Assembly (NCBI GenBank): GCA_035541895.1
Contig: DATKMK010000066.1
Span: 31,004 to 95,003, forward strand
Length of the DNA: 64,000 nucleotides
From: Candidatus Binatia bacterium
GTDB lineage: Bacteria; Desulfobacterota; Binatia; HRBIN30; JACQVA1
Reading direction: 5' to 3'
Positions 62,201 to 64,000 of the stretch are shown in pieces. Below the pieces are notes generated by a model that worked only from the letters and a program-made list of their open reading frames with translations, was not told the origin of the DNA and did no database searches. Each line of letters begins with the position of its first letter. The stretch's first letter is position 1. The position numbers were made by a program, and so were the translations under genes.

Positions 62201-63668
62201 TTGCGGTTGCGGTCGGCGTCGCTGTGGCGGTCGGGGTCGCGGTCGGCGTACTCGTCGGGGTTCGCGTCGGCGTGGCGGTAGCGGTTGATGTAGCGGTCGG
62301 GGTTGCGGTTGGAGTGATGGTGGGCGTGATTGTCGGCGTGGCGGTCGGCGTGTTGGTTGGTGTCCGTGTTGGTGTGCGCGTCGGCGTGTCGGTCACGGTT
62401 GGGGTGTTGGTTGCCGTGAAGGTCGGCGTCGTAGTCGGCGTCGGCGACGGGAACCCCGTGGTATCGTACGCGACCTCGTGCAGCACTTGCGTGATTTGGG
62501 CGGCATTTCCGCCGCCGGGTAGCTGGTAGGTGAACGCGATCTCAGTGGTGTCGAGATCGCTGAGCGTCCAGCTCGCGCCGCTTGGTTCGACCGCGTAGGT
62601 GAGCGCATTGGGGGTGAAGACGTTGCCCGGCGGCTCGGGCGAGAAGGTCTGCGAGTCCACTAGCGTAGTGCCCGTCCCGCCGCATCCGGCCGAGTCGGGC
62701 GCGACCGAGACTTCAATTTGTACGGGATCCGAGGCCGATGCGTTGGCGGCAAACACCGACTTGACCGCGAGAACGTTGCCATAGATGCCGGCGGGCCCAC
62801 TGCCGCCGTGGCAAAACGACTGCTGCGCGGTGGGGCTGGCAGACCAGATGAACGAGGTCAAATCGAAGGGGCGGTCGACTACGCACTGCGCGGGGTTCGA
62901 GCAGCCGGTGTGTTGCCACGCGGTGCCCCCGCCTTCGTGATCCGGCAACAAAGCCGCAATCTGCAGCGCTCCGGGAAAGGTCGCGGTCCGCGCGATCGTG
63001 TGATCGTCCCACGCAAGGGCAACCGCTCCCGATTCGTTGTGATCCGGACCGACGGTGGTGCCGACAATGGTCGAGGTCGACGTGTGCGTGCCGGATTGGG
63101 CAACGCCATTGACTCGCAGCGTGGCATCCCCGCCGGACCCCGCCGCTCGATACTGCACCTCGACGTGGGTGAAACTCGGACAGCTCGCAACCGTCTGCGA
63201 TGATACCGCCTTGGTGCTGTTTTGAACGCGCAACTCGAGCGTGGCGGTTGGACTCGGATTCAACACGAGTTCGACGACGGCGACACCGCTGAAGTCGCGC
63301 CACGAGCGGACGCGGCGGGCAAAGCCGCTATTGGGACTCTGCAGACAGAGCCAGATCCCGTCGCTGAAGACGGGCGATTCCTGCGACAGACCGATTTGGG
63401 CGTATTCGTTCGTGTTACCGAAAGCCACGGTGCTCAAGCCAAATTGACCGCTGCGAGCAGAGCCAAAGACCGTCGGGTTGCCGTCGCCGACCGCGTAGTC
63501 CGCGAGTCCGCCGCTCTCGAAGCCACTGAAGCGATCGAAGTCGCGCGACTGCGCCCGCAGTGGCGACGGTCGGACGATCACCACCGTCGCGGCGCAGAGC
63601 GCAACGAGCGAACGCGCCCCGAGAGAGAGAATCGGATGCCGTGTCCGTATGCGTTGAATTGGTTCCAC
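59220..63668 (-). CDS. Giant secreted multidomain protein: two copies of a ~360-aa unknown module, a third domain, three Pro/Thr(Ala/Ser) linkers, C-terminal dockerin
   Basis: Signal-like [29 protein letters not shown]. There is no ATG nearby, so the in-frame GTG at 63668 is proposed; the ORF is open to 63851 but that would overlap hisS. Modules A (62455-63545) and B (60890-61975) share [49 protein letters not shown] and DSA.CGG. The C-terminus [22 protein letters not shown] ... [17 protein letters not shown] is a dockerin. Confidence 0.65.
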   Translation of the reverse strand: MEPIQRIRTRHPILSLGARSLVALCAATVVIVRPSPLRAQSRDFDRFSGFESGGLADYAVGDGNPTVFGSARSGQFGLSTVAFGNTNEYAQIGLSQESPVFSDGIWLCLQSPNSGFARRVRSWRDFSGVAVVELVLNPSPTATLELRVQNSTKAVSSQTVASCPSFTHVEVQYRAAGSGGDATLRVNGVAQSGTHTSTSTIVGTTVGPDHNESGAVALAWDDHTIARTATFPGALQIAALLPDHEGGGTAWQHTGCSNPAQCVVDRPFDLTSFIWSASPTAQQSFCHGGSGPAGIYGNVLAVKSVFAANASASDPVQIEVSVAPDSAGCGGTGTTLVDSQTFSPEPPGNVFTPNALTYAVEPSGASWTLSDLDTTEIAFTYQLPGGGNAAQITQVLHEVAYDTTGFPSPTPTTTPTFTATNTPTVTDTPTRTPTRTPTNTPTATPTITPTITPTATPTATSTATATPTRTPTSTPTATPTATATPTATATNTATPTATPTFTFTPTATATFTWTSTFTPTATPTPTATPSDTATATPSGTATATPTATATRTPTRTATLTPTPPTLRSVDRLNGFEGGSLNDYGGTAEVLATPSPHSGQYVLRTTGSMSPSFGTVGISSASGVFTDGVYVCRLSNTLPQPRRVRSWRAGSTDVVELFLNSNWTASIRVGGTVIGTSTSALTACPSFTHYEVQYQAGSGNGSVELRVAGITEVLGAHATNVAIDNTIIGADQTATSTLTLIWDDHTISRSDIWPGTIRIVGARVNQDATFIDWGPAPPGCGGADYLCVAPVPPAGPGLTSTQPNAKSSFCHQSLAPLGVTGQVVAAKFSITGSEDPAQAPASGLFVGIDSAACGGSSVTPVQFESAVVFGATLTGFARIEPFNPVTQVPWGITDLNRAEFGVRHSTGTERVIVTQAIVEVAFDPSFVASPTPTDTASATPTFTDTATATPSPTDTPTATPTPLPSATFTFTITAPPTATDTPTSTATSSATPTATASASPTPSATASASATASPLPSATPTNSPTNTHTGTPTRSPTVTLTATATITTTGTQPATATPSNSSTPSATPTGTAVATAPPSATATATGTSVLATTVSSTSTPSPSLTAIPPAATATPSPTPSTTETASATATSTRTPTRTGTPPTATPTLQPRIDFLFPSGTLNADDQVACINSVALTLTLSSGSPQLTSLQHRDPVADQQVFQAVYVAPGLSVDDYDLLRSLSASGGYLERFAGAGGVVVVNAANDPSTGNAPQNIIAPDGVGFLPTDGNNIESTLLPNHAYLTGVGYGGVALGRSDFTNWGSTDNGALNNLPADAKVVLQNGNGPSFIEYTHGAGRVIVTTLAYCWTGRDNSDGPAVQNLLLYARFFSGQAQTPAATVTNTATPTITPTFTITTTRAATITPTPTQSGTPTRTGSLLPTATRTPTATATPLPGDVNNDGVVDDHDLDALITALFLDQLYLRADVNGDGAVTAADIPAWLAVRP
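60225..60890 (-). repeat. Pro/Thr/Ala/Ser-linker coding low-complexity DNA (linker 2 of the giant gene)
   Basis: Encodes ~220 aa of TPT/ATAS strings. Similar tracts lie at 61975-62455 (linker 1), 59375-59570 (linker 3) and 51975-52180 (in the di-domain lipoprotein gene). Antisense VGV ORFs 60139..61239 and 61927..62529 are artefacts. Confidence 0.8.
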
Positions 63669-63739
63669 GTGCGTATGGGCGCGTTGACTCGACAGAATGC
63701 CTTTGATACCTAGGCCGCGCTTCCGGCACAAGCTCGCCG

Positions 63740-64000
63740 CATGAAAATCCCCGCTGTGAAAGGATTTCGTGACGTCCTTCCGGACGAGAGTGCGCGCTGG
63801 ACCTGGATCGAGCAGCGTGCGCGCGACGTGTTTCGGCGCTACCACGTGCACGAAGTCCGCGTTCCGATCGTCGAACGCACCAATTTGTTCACCCGCTCAA
63901 TCGGCGACACGACCGACATCGTGGAGAAGGAGATGTACACGTTCCTCGATCGCGACGAAACGTCGATCTCATTACGACCGGAAGGTACGGCTTCGGTTGT
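63740..64000 (+). CDS. hisS: Histidine--tRNA ligase, N-terminal part (continues beyond window)
   Basis: Hand translation from the ATG at 63740: [86 protein letters not shown], which is class II HisRS motif 1 and the KEMYTF/LRPEGT signature. It has no stop before the window end, so it is absent from the ORF track. Confidence 0.9.

Noticed and set aside
56787-62529. VGV-rich ORFs (56787..57863 minus strand, 60139..61239 plus, 61927..62529 plus), and the idea that the periodic DNA might be a CRISPR array
   Set aside because: They are the reverse-complement reading of Thr-Pro codon strings (ACN CCN read as NGG NGT). The periodicity is 6-9 nt and imperfect, with no repeat-spacer structure.
63669-63851. 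The ATG at 63851 as the start of the giant protein
   Set aside because: It would overlap the divergent hisS start (63740) and add a non-signal-like 60-aa leader. An in-frame GTG at 63668 sits just before the signal-like segment, but the true start remains uncertain.
1-64000. Mobile elements, prophage, defence systems, toxin-antitoxin pairs, tRNA/rRNA genes
   Set aside because: No integrase, transposase, phage structural, restriction/Cas-like or TA-like translations were recognised in any frame. No intergenic region showed a tRNA-like cloverleaf on inspection. Only the small GTGAG palindromic repeats hint at repetitive DNA.

Overview
GC-rich (about two thirds G+C by eye) chromosomal segment from a diderm bacterium: it has sigma-54 elements, lipoboxes and a beta-barrel outer-membrane protein. 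Coding is dense, and many long arginine/glycine/proline-rich ORFs in the track are antisense shadows of real genes. No rRNA, tRNA, CRISPR array, transposase or integrase was recognised. Layout: (1) 1-7.1 kb, a hyf-like six-gene operon truncated at the 5' end. Its large subunit lacks all four [NiFe] cysteine ligands, so it looks like an Ehr-type complex rather than a hydrogenase. (2) 8.5-24.2 kb, an ABC-transporter-dependent glycan cluster: six glycosyltransferase genes (2 GT4, 3 GT2 including one dual-domain, 1 GT25), wzm/wzt-like exporter, two NodB deacetylase paralogues, two SGNH-like proteins and a FemAB-like/GNAT fusion. (3) 24.3-35.2 kb, acyl-CoA synthetase, a GH78 rhamnosidase without signal peptide, two transporter genes (MFS, cstA), and a padR-doxX-cupredoxin-chrA string. 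(4) 35.4-49.5 kb, a K+ homeostasis region: small-ORF/kdpF/kdpABC/kdpD plus an NtrC-type regulator behind a good sigma-54 promoter, a divergent P-II-like gene, a KdpD-type Usp pseudogene, and kup. (5) 50.4-53 kb, a candidate Cyc2-like fused cytochrome-porin beside a lipoprotein with two PSCyt1-like domains carrying CX4CH motifs. (6) 53.2-63.7 kb, a LytS/LytTR two-component system followed by secreted Cys-rich, Pro/Thr-linker and dockerin proteins, including a roughly 1480-aa protein with an internally duplicated unknown module. (7) the 5' end of hisS. Two copies of a GTGAG-rich palindromic intergenic element were also found. All calls come from reading translations and motifs by eye; no searches were run.
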